Positions 45,976 to 57,800 of a DNA stretch of 64,000 bases are shown here, in pieces. The first letter of the stretch is position 1, and every line of letters begins with the position of its first letter. The translations under genes were made by a program, and so were the position numbers. The stretch lies in NCBI GenBank assembly GCA_963674785.1, contig OY771555.1, positions 64,001-128,000 of the forward strand, read 5' to 3'. The notes beneath the pieces are model-generated. The model did no database searches, was not told the DNA's origin, and saw only the letters and a list, made by a program, of their open reading frames with translations. The DNA comes from Caldisericia bacterium. GTDB taxonomy: Bacteria > Caldisericota > Caldisericia > JAAYUI01.

Positions 45976-48900
45976 ATGAAAAAACTTGTTGCTGCCGTCA
46001 TTTGTATATTATTAGTCGCAGGGCTTGTCTTTATTTCCCCTGTTGTTTTTGCAGAAGAAATAAATGTAATTGATATTAATGCTACCATATCAGATGGAAG
46101 TGTGACTCTTAACTGGGAAAAGCAAACTGCATCCACAATCTATGTTTACAGGGATTACTACAAAAATGCTAAACCTGTGGCAACCCTCAACCCAACCGAC
46201 ACAAGCTTTACAGAAAGCCCTACTCCTGGTAGCCACACATACTCAGTAATGATTATAGGTCGGGATGGTAGGGTTGCTTGTAGGTCTTCCGTTCTTCCGA
46301 CATATATACCTCCAGAGTGTGAATATCCGGACAACACAATGATCAAACTTTGGATTGGCAAAAAAACAATGGGTGTTAACTGTGATACACAAGAAATCGA
46401 TTCAGAACCAATAATCATTCAATCAAACACTTTTGTTTCAATCAGACCAATCATTGAAGCTGTTGGTGGATCACTGGGTTGGGATGGAGCAACAAAATCT
46501 GTTATCGTAAACCTTCCACCACATTCTGTTTCACTTTCAATTGGCAAAAACACCGCAACAGTTGATGGCAAAGAGGTGCAAATAAACAGCAATCCAGAAA
46601 TCGTTCCCGTAATTGTAAATGGAAGAACAATGCTTCCATTCAGATTTATCGCTGAGAACCTCGAAGGAACAGTTGAATGGATCGGCTCTGAAAAGAGAAT
46701 TGATATTCTTTTCCCGCTTCAGGAAAAAGTATCAGTAAGACGTGCAATGTCAGGAATGACATCTCTTGGAAGAAACTCACTTGGTCAGATAGTCAGTCTG
46801 AAAGATGTTGAAGAATTAGAAACAGACAATCCTATCGATGAGTTTCTAAAAGGGGCAAAGGTTTTAACTGGTACTGACTCAATTGAAGCAGTCCCGATTC
46901 TTGAATACAAGGACATAATTGGAAGACCAAACAGTTTGACAAAACTGTCTGACTGGCTTGGAATGTACAACCAAAACCTCAAAGCATACAAAATTTCATA
47001 TAAATCAAATCTGAGCAGTTTGAATGACTTTGATTCTGTTATTCTTCTAACCTCTGATGGTGAAATAGTTGATGCAACCTTTATCACTGCAGGTTTTGAT
47101 TTCAATATTGAAAGTTCAGATACCGAAAAAATGAACTATCAAATACTGTTACCAAGAGCATCGGTAAAAAACAAAAAGTACACATGGAATATTGAATCAA
47201 TCCCTATGACTGCAAGCAGCAAAGTCACATCACTCAACTTAGATGAACCACCAGGATGTGACACATGTTCAAGGACAGTTGGCAATGCCAATCTATCTTT
47301 TGAAAACAAAGCAACAGAAAACCTCAGTCAAGCAAACAACATGTCGCTTGTTTTGCTTTCTTCTCTTGTTGATTTTTCCTTTGATATATCAGGAGGAGAA
47401 GGATTGACATTATCACTTGATGAAGGTTGTGGATTCTTTCCGGGAACGTCATGCCCAAGCATTGATGGAGAGTTTGCTGAGTTTCAGCTTTCTATGGTTG
47501 ACAATAGACCCCCAAACAACACATCAACAGTGAATAACTGCTCAGAAGCAGTAAAAGGCACATTCAACATAGCTGAATCAAACTCAAAATGGAACAGAGC
47601 AAGTGATGGAAAGTCTACAAATGAAGATTTCTTATCAATAAATATTGAGGATTCTTCAAGACCACGTTCAATTTCATTGGACATAAAAGAAAATGACCAT
47701 ATGTTCGGTTTCTTTAAGGTTTTTGCTCTGCCAAAAAGTATTTCTCTTTCACCCAATCCAATGCTGGATATCACTGTGCCAATCCTGAATTCGCCATCCG
47801 GAAAACAAGTTGGTAGATTCAGAGTCTCTGGAACATCTCAACTAAAAATTTCTTTCCCAAATGGAAAACCATCCTGCTGGTTTGGAGATGAAGACAAAGA
47901 TGGTCAAACTAACCTCTCCATTAACACGATCGCAATTGATAAATCCACAGATTTTGACTGTCCTTGTGGTGAGACAAATGCCTTTGATTACGTTAATTAT
48001 GAGATTATTCAAGAAGAGGGAGTAGGTTCAGTAATATTTGATGTCAGAGTGAACTCCGATATAGCATTTGTCCCAAAAAATGCAGAGGTTTCAATAGAGT
48101 TAATTAGGAATGACGAGGTTGTCTCAACCCATGATGTATCCTACTCTGACCCATCACTTAATATAACTGATGACACAGCAGAGGCTGGAGAGTTTTATAA
48201 ATACTGTTTAAAACTGATTTCAAATAGTGTTGAGATTGAAAACTATTGCATTGAAGAAGAACTTCAACCCAATCCATGGCTATTCTTCATGGAATGGAGC
48301 GATGTTCCAAACGGAAGAGTTTTAGAAAAAAGCATCGAGAGAGGGTCAGAAGAAAGTTTTGATGTTATCATACACAACGTTTCAGAAAACGTTTTCAAAG
48401 CAGAACTCAGCATAAATAATCCAAATTACAAGTGGGATGTTTCATTTGTTGATAAAGAATCTCCGACATGGATTGAACTCAAACCCGGGCAAAAGGAAAC
48501 AGTAACGCTAACAATTTACCCAGACTCATCAATACCATCTGGGGAGAAAAACAACGTTGAAGTTGTTTTGAAAAGCGGACTCCAAACTATGGTTCTTACA
48601 GGCATTTTTTCTGTTTCTGCCCCAAGCTGCTCATATGAGATATCTTGGGTTTCTGGTGGAACAGGTATGGGAAATGATATTAGTCCAGGAACAGAGTTAA
48701 TAGAAATCTTTACGATCAAAAACACAAGTAGCCAACAGCAACAATTTATTTTGGACTACAGCACCGAACAAGACAACACAAATACATTCTGGAATATAGG
48801 ATTTAAAGATCAGAGGAAGGGTGGGAAAATCTTCCTTGGGTCAGACGAAGAAACACAGGTGGCATTTGCAGTTTCATCGCCACAGGGAGCCAAAGATGGT

Positions 48901-50055
48901 GAGACTTTAAAAATAAAGATTGAAGTTCTAGGATGTGGAGAGTCAAAAGAGCTATCATGGTCAATAACAAACAAATTAATGGAGTGTTCATTTGAACTCG
49001 AGTGGGCTGAAAAGAAATCAACAACAAGAACAACCGTTGAAACAGACTCAAGATGGAACGAGACTTTTTATGTTTGGAACTTCAGTGATTATGAGGGAGT
49101 GTTTACTCTCGATGTCGAAGTAGAAGGAGAACCGATTGTTGCATATTTAGATAACTATGATCTAAAGATTAAAAGTGGCACATACGAAGAGGTCACGATC
49201 ACATTCCAGATTCACGCGAAAGCAAAAGTTGGTGATTCCTCTGTAAATATCGTTGCAACATGCGGTAAAACAACTCAAACCTTAGATCGAAGATTTTTAA
49301 TTAAGAAAAAGAGTGACTGCCAATTTGAATGTTACTTCCTTGAATCTGAAACAAGTAACCTTGGTAAAGACATGGAAGTTGGCAAAGAAGTTCAGATACC
49401 TATTTATGTCAAAAATAATAGCGTTGATCCACAGCTTTTCTCGGTAAAGGTTGTAAGAAGTGAAACGGATTGGGCATCTGGTCTTGTTGAAGGAAAAGTC
49501 AGACAGACATTCAATCTCGGATCGGGTGGTGACACAAGCAATCTTGTTGTATGGATAAGAGGTGAAGACGACACAAAACCCGGAGATACATGTAAGCTTT
49601 CGATTGTAATAACTGCGTGCAACACCAAAAAAACAATCGTGTGTAACATCACATGTGTTGAAAAAACAGAACTTGATGTTGAACTTGAGCAAGAAATCAC
49701 GTTCAGAAACTGGAAAAAGAACGGTATGCTTGAGGTTGGGAATCGAATTGAGTTTAACAGAAAAGGAAGCGGTAACATCCTAACACAAAATTACAAGATC
49801 AAATTCTTTGATGCCCAGCAAGATAATGCATACATCGGTGAACTTGATGAAGTCAGACTCGTAATGTCAATCTACAAAGGTAGACCACAATGGGATTTCA
49901 AATACTATGTCTCGACTGAAATAATAGAAAAACTGAAATCATTTGACAGCAAAAAGATTAAAGCAAAGATGACTATCTCAATGCTTTATACTCACGATGA
50001 TGGGACTACAGATGTAGTAAAAAAAGAACTTGAAACCATATTTGAGCTTCCATAA
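45976..50055 (+). CDS. Large secreted protein with a copper-amine-oxidase-N (stalk) domain and multiple Ig-like domains
   Basis: GGAGG RBS; signal peptide; TFVSIRPIIEAVGG and GRTMLPFRFIAENL stalk motifs; repeated Ig-like units (V.N.S...F.L...W...L.PG). Confidence 0.78.
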   Translation: MKKLVAAVICILLVAGLVFISPVVFAEEINVIDINATISDGSVTLNWEKQTASTIYVYRDYYKNAKPVATLNPTDTSFTESPTPGSHTYSVMIIGRDGRVACRSSVLPTYIPPECEYPDNTMIKLWIGKKTMGVNCDTQEIDSEPIIIQSNTFVSIRPIIEAVGGSLGWDGATKSVIVNLPPHSVSLSIGKNTATVDGKEVQINSNPEIVPVIVNGRTMLPFRFIAENLEGTVEWIGSEKRIDILFPLQEKVSVRRAMSGMTSLGRNSLGQIVSLKDVEELETDNPIDEFLKGAKVLTGTDSIEAVPILEYKDIIGRPNSLTKLSDWLGMYNQNLKAYKISYKSNLSSLNDFDSVILLTSDGEIVDATFITAGFDFNIESSDTEKMNYQILLPRASVKNKKYTWNIESIPMTASSKVTSLNLDEPPGCDTCSRTVGNANLSFENKATENLSQANNMSLVLLSSLVDFSFDISGGEGLTLSLDEGCGFFPGTSCPSIDGEFAEFQLSMVDNRPPNNTSTVNNCSEAVKGTFNIAESNSKWNRASDGKSTNEDFLSINIEDSSRPRSISLDIKENDHMFGFFKVFALPKSISLSPNPMLDITVPILNSPSGKQVGRFRVSGTSQLKISFPNGKPSCWFGDEDKDGQTNLSINTIAIDKSTDFDCPCGETNAFDYVNYEIIQEEGVGSVIFDVRVNSDIAFVPKNAEVSIELIRNDEVVSTHDVSYSDPSLNITDDTAEAGEFYKYCLKLISNSVEIENYCIEEELQPNPWLFFMEWSDVPNGRVLEKSIERGSEESFDVIIHNVSENVFKAELSINNPNYKWDVSFVDKESPTWIELKPGQKETVTLTIYPDSSIPSGEKNNVEVVLKSGLQTMVLTGIFSVSAPSCSYEISWVSGGTGMGNDISPGTELIEIFTIKNTSSQQQQFILDYSTEQDNTNTFWNIGFKDQRKGGKIFLGSDEETQVAFAVSSPQGAKDGETLKIKIEVLGCGESKELSWSITNKLMECSFELEWAEKKSTTRTTVETDSRWNETFYVWNFSDYEGVFTLDVEVEGEPIVAYLDNYDLKIKSGTYEEVTITFQIHAKAKVGDSSVNIVATCGKTTQTLDRRFLIKKKSDCQFECYFLESETSNLGKDMEVGKEVQIPIYVKNNSVDPQLFSVKVVRSETDWASGLVEGKVRQTFNLGSGGDTSNLVVWIRGEDDTKPGDTCKLSIVITACNTKKTIVCNITCVEKTELDVELEQEITFRNWKKNGMLEVGNRIEFNRKGSGNILTQNYKIKFFDAQQDNAYIGELDEVRLVMSIYKGRPQWDFKYYVSTEIIEKLKSFDSKKIKAKMTISMLYTHDDGTTDVVKKELETIFELP

Positions 50056-50077
50056 AAAGTGTTTCCACAATAAACGC

Positions 50078-50114
50078 AAAAACCCCTTTAGTATAAGAAA
50101 CTAAAGGGGTTTTT
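50078..50114. terminator. Bidirectional intrinsic terminator
   Basis: AAAAACCCCTTTAG-N9-CTAAAGGGGTTTTT between convergent genes. Confidence 0.85.
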
Positions 50115-50122
50115 CAATATAT

Positions 50123-51736
50123 TCAGCCAGACATTTTGTCATGCATTGAGCAATATTTTGAAAACAGTTCCTCATAAACAAGTACATTTGAAGGTGTTGG
50201 CTTAAAGAAGTCATGCTCACTAGGCTTCATTTTCTTTAAAAAATCTTCTCTGTTCTCATAACCAAGACTTTGAAGGTCGAGTGACATTGCACCAATTATT
50301 GCTGTCCCACGAGCAATTGCCTCTGGTGTATCCGGAACACTTATCGGTATATTCAAAACATCTGCATAAATCTGTAGAGCAGTTGGAGATTCAAATGGGA
50401 TTGTCCCTACAGCGCAAATCTTATCAAAGGGGAGTCCCCCACTCTTAAATGATTCCACAATTTTTCTTGATCCCAAAGCAGATGCTTCGATCAAAGATTT
50501 ATATATCTCGGCCGGAGAAGATGCTAATCTCAATCCACTAATGCAACCTGTTAAAGAAGGATTGTACAAAACGCTCTTGTTTCCATCAAACCACTCTAAC
50601 GATAAGACCCCATTTGATCCCGGTGGAATTTCTGATAGCCACCTGTCAAGAGTAACAGAAATATCAACTTCATCTTCATGAGATCTCTCATAAAGGCTGT
50701 AAGGTGCGAGAGTATCAATAAACCAGGAAATAATCTCCCCTGTACCAGGTTGCCCAGCTTCATATCCCCAGAATCCATCGATTATTCCGTCTTTTACAGC
50801 ACAAGAGTAACCTTCAAAAATTCTCTCTTCAACACTCATCAACATCTGAGCAGTAGAGTCTCCAAAGACTATTGTTAGGGTGTCCGGAGTGTATATTCCT
50901 GCCCCAGCAACACCAACATGATTTGAGGCAACACCAGCCCCAACAGGAGTTCCAGGCATCAAACCAAGTTTTTGAGCAGCCTCTGGTAACAGATTTCCTA
51001 CAAATCTCCCGGGTTTCATGATTGGGATATCTTTTATCTTTGCAGCCTGTCTTGCTAAATCAAATGAAACAGCTTCAAAATATGACCCACTTGGATAACC
51101 AAAACCTTCAACATAACATGCTTTATATCCAGCAGAACACTGATTCCTAATCTGTTTACCAGTTAGCTGCCAAACAATCCAATCAGAACCTTCTATGTAC
51201 CACTCGGTTGCTTTTGCAACTTCCGGAGCATCATCGATAGTTTCTAAAAGCTTTGGCCAAAGCCATTCACTACTTATCCTATTCCCAGTGTGATCAAGAA
51301 ATGGTTCGCCTCTGTCTCTGGCAATCTTTGTCATCTTCTTTGCTTGTTTGAATGAGGACTTGTGATTCCAGAGTTTTGGCCAAGAATGAGGATTACTTTT
51401 GAACTCATCCTTCAAGCATAGAGGAACACCAAAGGAATCAGTGGGCAATACGACACAACTACCCATAGACACACCAACAGATAATATCTCAGATGAAGGA
51501 ATACCAGTTTCATCAAGAAGAGTCTCAACAGCTCTTGCCATGGAAACAAGCCAAGATTTAGGATCACCAAGCATAAAACCATTTGGGATTCTTTCACCTG
51601 TTGGAAGCTTGTTTCTGATAACTCCGATTTCATAATCATCAACAGCACGACCGATCATATTTCCGGAGTTTATGTCAATAGCAACAGCTTTGACAGATTC
51701 GGCATTAAAAGATAGTCCCAGTAATATTCTTGCCAT
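50123..51736 (-). CDS. Ribulokinase-like FGGY family protein with degenerate catalytic motifs
   Basis: PHSWPKLWNH, ISSEWLWPK, WIVWQLTG, CSAGYKA, GYEAGQ, LEWFDGN, QIYADV typical of AraB. DxGT is replaced by SFNA and DAH by SNH. Confidence 0.8.
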   Translation of the reverse strand: MARILLGLSFNAESVKAVAIDINSGNMIGRAVDDYEIGVIRNKLPTGERIPNGFMLGDPKSWLVSMARAVETLLDETGIPSSEILSVGVSMGSCVVLPTDSFGVPLCLKDEFKSNPHSWPKLWNHKSSFKQAKKMTKIARDRGEPFLDHTGNRISSEWLWPKLLETIDDAPEVAKATEWYIEGSDWIVWQLTGKQIRNQCSAGYKACYVEGFGYPSGSYFEAVSFDLARQAAKIKDIPIMKPGRFVGNLLPEAAQKLGLMPGTPVGAGVASNHVGVAGAGIYTPDTLTIVFGDSTAQMLMSVEERIFEGYSCAVKDGIIDGFWGYEAGQPGTGEIISWFIDTLAPYSLYERSHEDEVDISVTLDRWLSEIPPGSNGVLSLEWFDGNKSVLYNPSLTGCISGLRLASSPAEIYKSLIEASALGSRKIVESFKSGGLPFDKICAVGTIPFESPTALQIYADVLNIPISVPDTPEAIARGTAIIGAMSLDLQSLGYENREDFLKKMKPSEHDFFKPTPSNVLVYEELFSKYCSMHDKMSG

Positions 51737-51770
51737 GTTTATATTGTAATGATAAATCAATGGTTTGCAA
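51737..51770 (-). promoter_or_regulatory. Promoter of the FGGY gene, probably leaderless
   Basis: TTGCAA-16 bp-TACAAT-6 nt-ATG (51736); no SD. Confidence 0.65.
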
Positions 51771-51784
51771 ATTTTGTTGGCAAT

Positions 51785-51812
51785 AAAAACCCCCGATTAG
51801 TAATCGGGGGTT
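51785..51812 (-). terminator. Intrinsic terminator of the giant surface-protein gene
   Basis: AACCCCCGATTA-G-TAATCGGGGGTT with a T tract on the minus strand. Confidence 0.8.
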
Positions 51813-51841
51813 GCCGGAAAGAGATATACAAAAGAAAAGTT

Positions 51842-54800
51842 TTAGTAGTATCTGGTCATTGTTATGAGTCGTTCTTCACCATTCCAGGCGACCTCAGCTC
51901 CAAGTGATTCAGCGATGAATCTAAATGGAACCATCGTTCTTCCGTTTACTATTTCTGGAGGCTGGTCAATTGTCACAAACTCACCATTAAGTACTGCAGT
52001 TTGCTGGCCGATAACCATCGACAGATTGATGTCTTCAAGTTGAACTGTGACCCTTCTTGCGGTTTGATCCCACCCTACCTCAGCTCCGAACGCTTGAGAG
52101 ATAGCCCTCACTGGCACAAGTGTTCTGTTTGCAGAAGATATGTATGGAGCAGTATCAAGCATAACAATCTCACCATCAACAAGCATGATCTGATTATCAA
52201 TTTTCAGTTCGATAGTCTTTATCCTGTATCCCCACACTTCAATATCTGATTTTGATTCATTACCAATTTTATCAGTTGCAACATAATCAAATTTATTGCT
52301 TCCGATATTAATTGGAATGACAACTTCATTGGTTCCCTCAAGCAGTTCTAAGGTCTCACCAGCAATCACGAATGTTACATCTTCACTTACTGTTACGGTG
52401 ATTGTTGCTTCTGTTTTATCAACAGTATCACGCTTGAGTGGAGGAATAATTTTCACATATGGAGGAGTTGTGTCTCTTGTGATAACAACGGTCATTTCTG
52501 TTTTTGTACCAACAGGGTTGAATGATGCCACAACAAATTCATTCTTGCCTTCGACAAGGTCAACATTTACAAAGAAGCTCCCATCAGCACCTACACTTAC
52601 AGGCTTTCCATCAACTGAAAGTGACGCATCGGGTGTTGTTTTACCCTTTAATGTCATATCGGTTTCCCTTGTGAGTTCCTCATACTCCTCAAATTCAATA
52701 AATGGAGCCTGTGACGAGGAAACAACATCTATGACTTCGGGATTCACAGTTTTGTATTCACCAAGAAGTCTGATTACAATTTGTCCTGGTTTGCTTGGTA
52801 AAACATCAAACTCAGCTTGTCCTTCAGAATTTGTCTCAGCCTCCATACTTACACCTGCACCTTTAACAGATACAGCAACACCAACAAGAGGTTTTCCGTA
52901 TGAACCGGCATACTCGACATTTACAGTCACTTTCTTTAGAAGTCCAGGATAGAACACACCGGAATGCTCAACACTTATTACAGCACCTTTGACGGTGTCA
53001 AATGTGAGGACATCACCGGACTCAATGAGGTCGTCACTGAAACTGCTCTTTGCTTTATATTTCAGAGTTACATTTGATTCACCAATTGAATTTGGCTCAA
53101 AGTGAATTGTAGCCATTGTTGAAAGCTCATCATCTGGGTCACGTTTTGTTTCTTCAGTTACTTTCTTGTTTCCTGTAATCGACGATACCTCAACAACTGA
53201 ACCCTCTTTTATTGGGTCAGTTTCAAGTGGAGAACTCGGAGTGACAGTCACCTGAAGAACATTGTCAGCCTTATTGACAAGGTCATAATTAGAGGTACTA
53301 AGGAACTCAGAACCCCACTCCTGACCAGTCTTATCTTCGAAGATTTTAATTACTGGTTTCTGGATTGGGACATATGTTGTTGTTGGGGAATCCCAATCGA
53401 GAGCAAACTGTCCATCAGGTGAGTATCTGAGTTCTGGGTTGAATGAAACTGCCTGTGATCGAGGTGTTTCACCTGCTACATCACCATTGATGACGGATGC
53501 CTTATTTGCTCCAACAAATCCACCAAGTCCAAATTCTGAATCAGCAAAGATATAGAAGGTAACCGAACCATTTTTATCGATATTCAATGAATCCTTATAA
53601 TCGACCATGCCGTCACCATTGAAGTCAGAGACATAATAGTTACCAGCGAGCTCTGAATTATAGATACATCCAGCTCCCCACTTCTCAAGATCCATTGATG
53701 TACCATCCATCTCTGTTCCTGTTTTGTAGTAGGTACTCATTGCAGCAACATCTTTCATGTCAGCACTTACATTATCTGTAACCGAGACTGCAAGGTGGTT
53801 GAACACTTCGACATCATCATCAGTTGCAGTTTTGACAAGGAATGGTGTAAATCTTGTGAAGTCAGTTGCAGAACCAATTTTGCCTGGAAGATTTGAAACG
53901 CCCTTAATAAGATTTCCTTCGGCATCTCTGATTGTTGCTTTGATCTTATATACCCTTGAATCAAATGCAGTCATAACGGCATCTGGATCTTCTGGATATT
54001 TCATTGTTTCGTGGTGTTCCTGGGCAAGGTTTATGATTTCATAACTGACTGTTGGTCTGCCGACCTTTATTGATGCAACACCCCATCCACTATAGTCAGG
54101 TGTTACGATCTTGAGATTTATTTCACCCTCATCGTTTGCAACGAATCCTTCGAATTTATAGATTCCCTTGCTTGCCTGTGAGAAGTCATATTTGATTGGT
54201 GAGAATCCGAAAAGTGATTCATTATCAGAAAGAGTGCTGTTCTCATTTGTGATAGATGTTGTTGTCCAATAATACTCGTTTGTTCTGTCCGGTCGTTTCT
54301 GTGTGATGTAATTTGCAGCCTCTTCGTCAGTTAGTTTTCCATTCTTTGTAAGGTCAACTGGGCTTCCACTATCATCCGTGATTGTAAGGGTCAATGGTGT
54401 TTCAGGATCGACAATTTCAGGGGAGACACCCGATGTAAGGATTGGAGGACTTACGTTAACTGTAATATTTGGGTCAGATGGAATTCCTCCACCTGCCATT
54501 GGTCTCATTGTTATTTCACCTGCAAGATAAACCTCATGTGAATAATACTTGCTGTTACCTGGAACCTGCCATAGTGGTGTGAAGCTTCGGTCATTATTAT
54601 CATCACCATACTTGTATGCACAAAGATGGATTGGAAGTTCCTCTTTTTCAGAGATCAGGTGGTCTCCATTGAAGTCCCAACCATAGTCTTCAATTCGACA
54701 TCCATTATCCAGACTCATATCAAAGATATATCTACCGTTATTCCTCTGATAAGTTCTCGCATCAATTATTCCACCAACCCACGTGTTTGTAGCAATATTA

Positions 54801-57800
54801 TATGATCCGATAAGCTCTGTTTCATAAGCATCAAATGATATTCTTCCATCACCATTGAGGTCATCATATTTTGAGTAAGCACCACTTACCCCAGAACCAA
54901 CCGAAGATGTTGGGCCACCTGTAATCCAACCATCACCGGCACCCTCAAGAAGAGTTGAGCCATCTTGATATCTGACTCCTCTATCCTGCCAAGCAAAAAC
55001 AAGAGCATCGTTACATTCTCTATTCTGCTGAATATCTTCCCATTCTGTAATTTTTACATCAACAATATTATCTGAACCGAGTCCTATTGTTGGAGATGCA
55101 CCTTCAATATGAAGTCCATGAACAGGAATTCCAACGATTCGGTATTCCTGACAGCAGTCTTCCCAATATTTCTTTGTTCCATTTGCAAGCTCAACCATAA
55201 TTGAGAGGACACCCTTATCTACAGGGATAATTTCATCGAACACAAAAACTGAGGAACTTAACATGGAGTAATCAAGATCTCCATGCTGAACAAGTCTCTG
55301 ATTTGCAGTACTATATGTATATCTATCCTGGAATCCTGGATTGATTATTCTCGTATAATCGGCAGAACCGAGTTCATAGTCACTCCAGTTTGTAGTGTCA
55401 ACTGTAATTCTTCCAGAATAATCATATCTTATCGGAGCACCTCTAAGACCATTGTATTCATTATCTTCATAATCCATTGGAAGCTCAGGGATTTTAAATG
55501 GGCCGCTGATCTCTATTCTTCTGATCTTGTGGTCGCTATCTGTTGCCGTAAATGAAAGAGGTTGCCCAAGTCCATCCATAAGCATAAAGAAGATTCCGTA
55601 ATCTGTAAGTGGCGTAAACTCTGTTCCCATCTTATAATACATGTCACCCCAGATTGCAGGATAAGCACTTCTTCCATCGCCCATAGTGCTTCCCTGAATT
55701 CGAAGTGGATGGGTCTGACCACCAGGATAACTCCTAAACTCTCTGACAAGGTTCGATAAAATTGGGTCATATGGTGTTTGAATCTGAGGAGTTGGCACAT
55801 CAAATCTTGAAAGTGCACCAGTTCCAGCAGTGTAATTGACATTTGAATACTGAAGAGCATGGTCTACAACTCTGAATTCAACAAAGTTCACATCAGGGTC
55901 TGTGATGTTCCCACCGCCACCAGATGATCCACCACCGCTTGAACCACCACCAGATGATCCACCGCCTGTACTTGTTGAGTCTTTGCCGATTATGAATATT
56001 CCGCAGTAATCTGTTCCTTCGGCATTGGATGGAACAAAATATGGAGGATGAGTGATTGTGCTGTTATAATCCCAGAGAGCATTTTCAGTATGCACTCTAA
56101 CATTCAAGTTAGACGATGTGTTTCTTGGGTAAACCGCGATTGGAAGCATTCCGCCGCTTTCAGCCCAAGGTGATGTTTTGTATGTTGATACAAAGGTCGG
56201 TACCCCATATGTTTCGATCAATGGATATGTAGCACCATCAAATGGCCCCCAACTGTCACCCTTTGTGACGACACCTAACTCATATCTGAAACCTGATCCG
56301 CAAATATCACATTCAGCAAACCTACCAGAACAATCAAGATCCTCAAATGAGTCTGTTGCACGTTCTCCTTCAAGCGGTCCAGTTACAGTATCTTCAGGGT
56401 CAACAGCACCAATTGCTCCCAGCCCAGTTGTTGGGCTTTGGTTATCAGCCCATTCCCACACAAGGAAGGTTCTATCGTCATTAACCTGAACAATATATCT
56501 GTTTGGACCACTTCCTGCAGTAAACATCCAGTCAACTCCAGCACCATTAGCATTATATGTCGCAATGATATTGCCGGCATTTGGTGTTGTTGAAATAGGA
56601 ACTCCGTTCAAGTCGTTAACATCATATGGATTATCCCAATCCTTCAATGTGAGAGACATGTTTGGGTATCTGATACTGATATTCTGCAAACAAGAAATAT
56701 TGCATTCAAAATCGATTGGTTCTGGTTTTACTTCAAACTCTTTTACGTAATAACAGTCATAGTTATTTGGAATGGTTGTATTACCAAGAATGCTTGGTGA
56801 TGGAATCTCCCAGTAACCATAGGCTCCATCGGTAGGGCCACCCCATCCAAGATCGGCAGGGTTTCCAGTTCCCTTTTCATAATATACTTCAATAATATAT
56901 GGATGGATGATTCCAAACTCATCACATGAACCCTCGTATGGGGTTATTTGAACCTGAAGCTCTGATTTCTTATTTGACAGAGTTCCTGCGACATTTCTAT
57001 GTCCTGATGCATCAGTTAAAACAACAAATGCAAGTTTATTTTCCTCTGGGGCGGGATTCATTGTGATTTTTACGGAAGATGTCTGCTCAACCTGGAATTC
57101 TTTATCAACAGTAATACTTATTGGTGCTTCACCCGGGAGAACCTCAAGATCAAGAGCTCTTGGGTTCCCATTTTTTCCCATTGTAAAACCAGTTACAACG
57201 AAATTTTCAATGTATGTTTCGGGTCCGGCAACAACACTACCACAAAAATATGTCTTTCCTGATCTTGAGACATTTGAAAGCCTTGTGTCACCAACGCTTA
57301 CAGTATTTGAAAGGTCTGCATCATAATACATCCACTCAGTCTCATCAAATTGAACATCATAGTCGACATCAAAATATCCTGTGTTGCTAAATGGTGAAAG
57401 AATAAAGCCAACATCAGCATCACCAGTTGTTACAATAGAGCCTGCTGGGAATGTAACGATTACACCGCCAACCTGAACTGTGATTGTCGTCATCCTAACA
57501 TCACCATTGTTGACAATATGATTGCCAAATGGATCTTGACCTGTATTTACATTTGTGTAGATACCTTCACCACAACCATAACCAACTCCACCCTCATCAT
57601 GATAATAGAAATCTGATGGGAAAGGAGTGAGCGACAAACCAGTATCAGTATCAGTTGTTCCACTTGCCGATGCTCCGATAAATGCCTCACAAGCCTCCTC
57701 TGCTTTATAGTCATCGGTGAGGTTTTGGGCAAAACAACTTCCTGATGGGTTGTTGATATTATTTACACCATCATCTCTGAATATCTCAACACCGAGCCAT

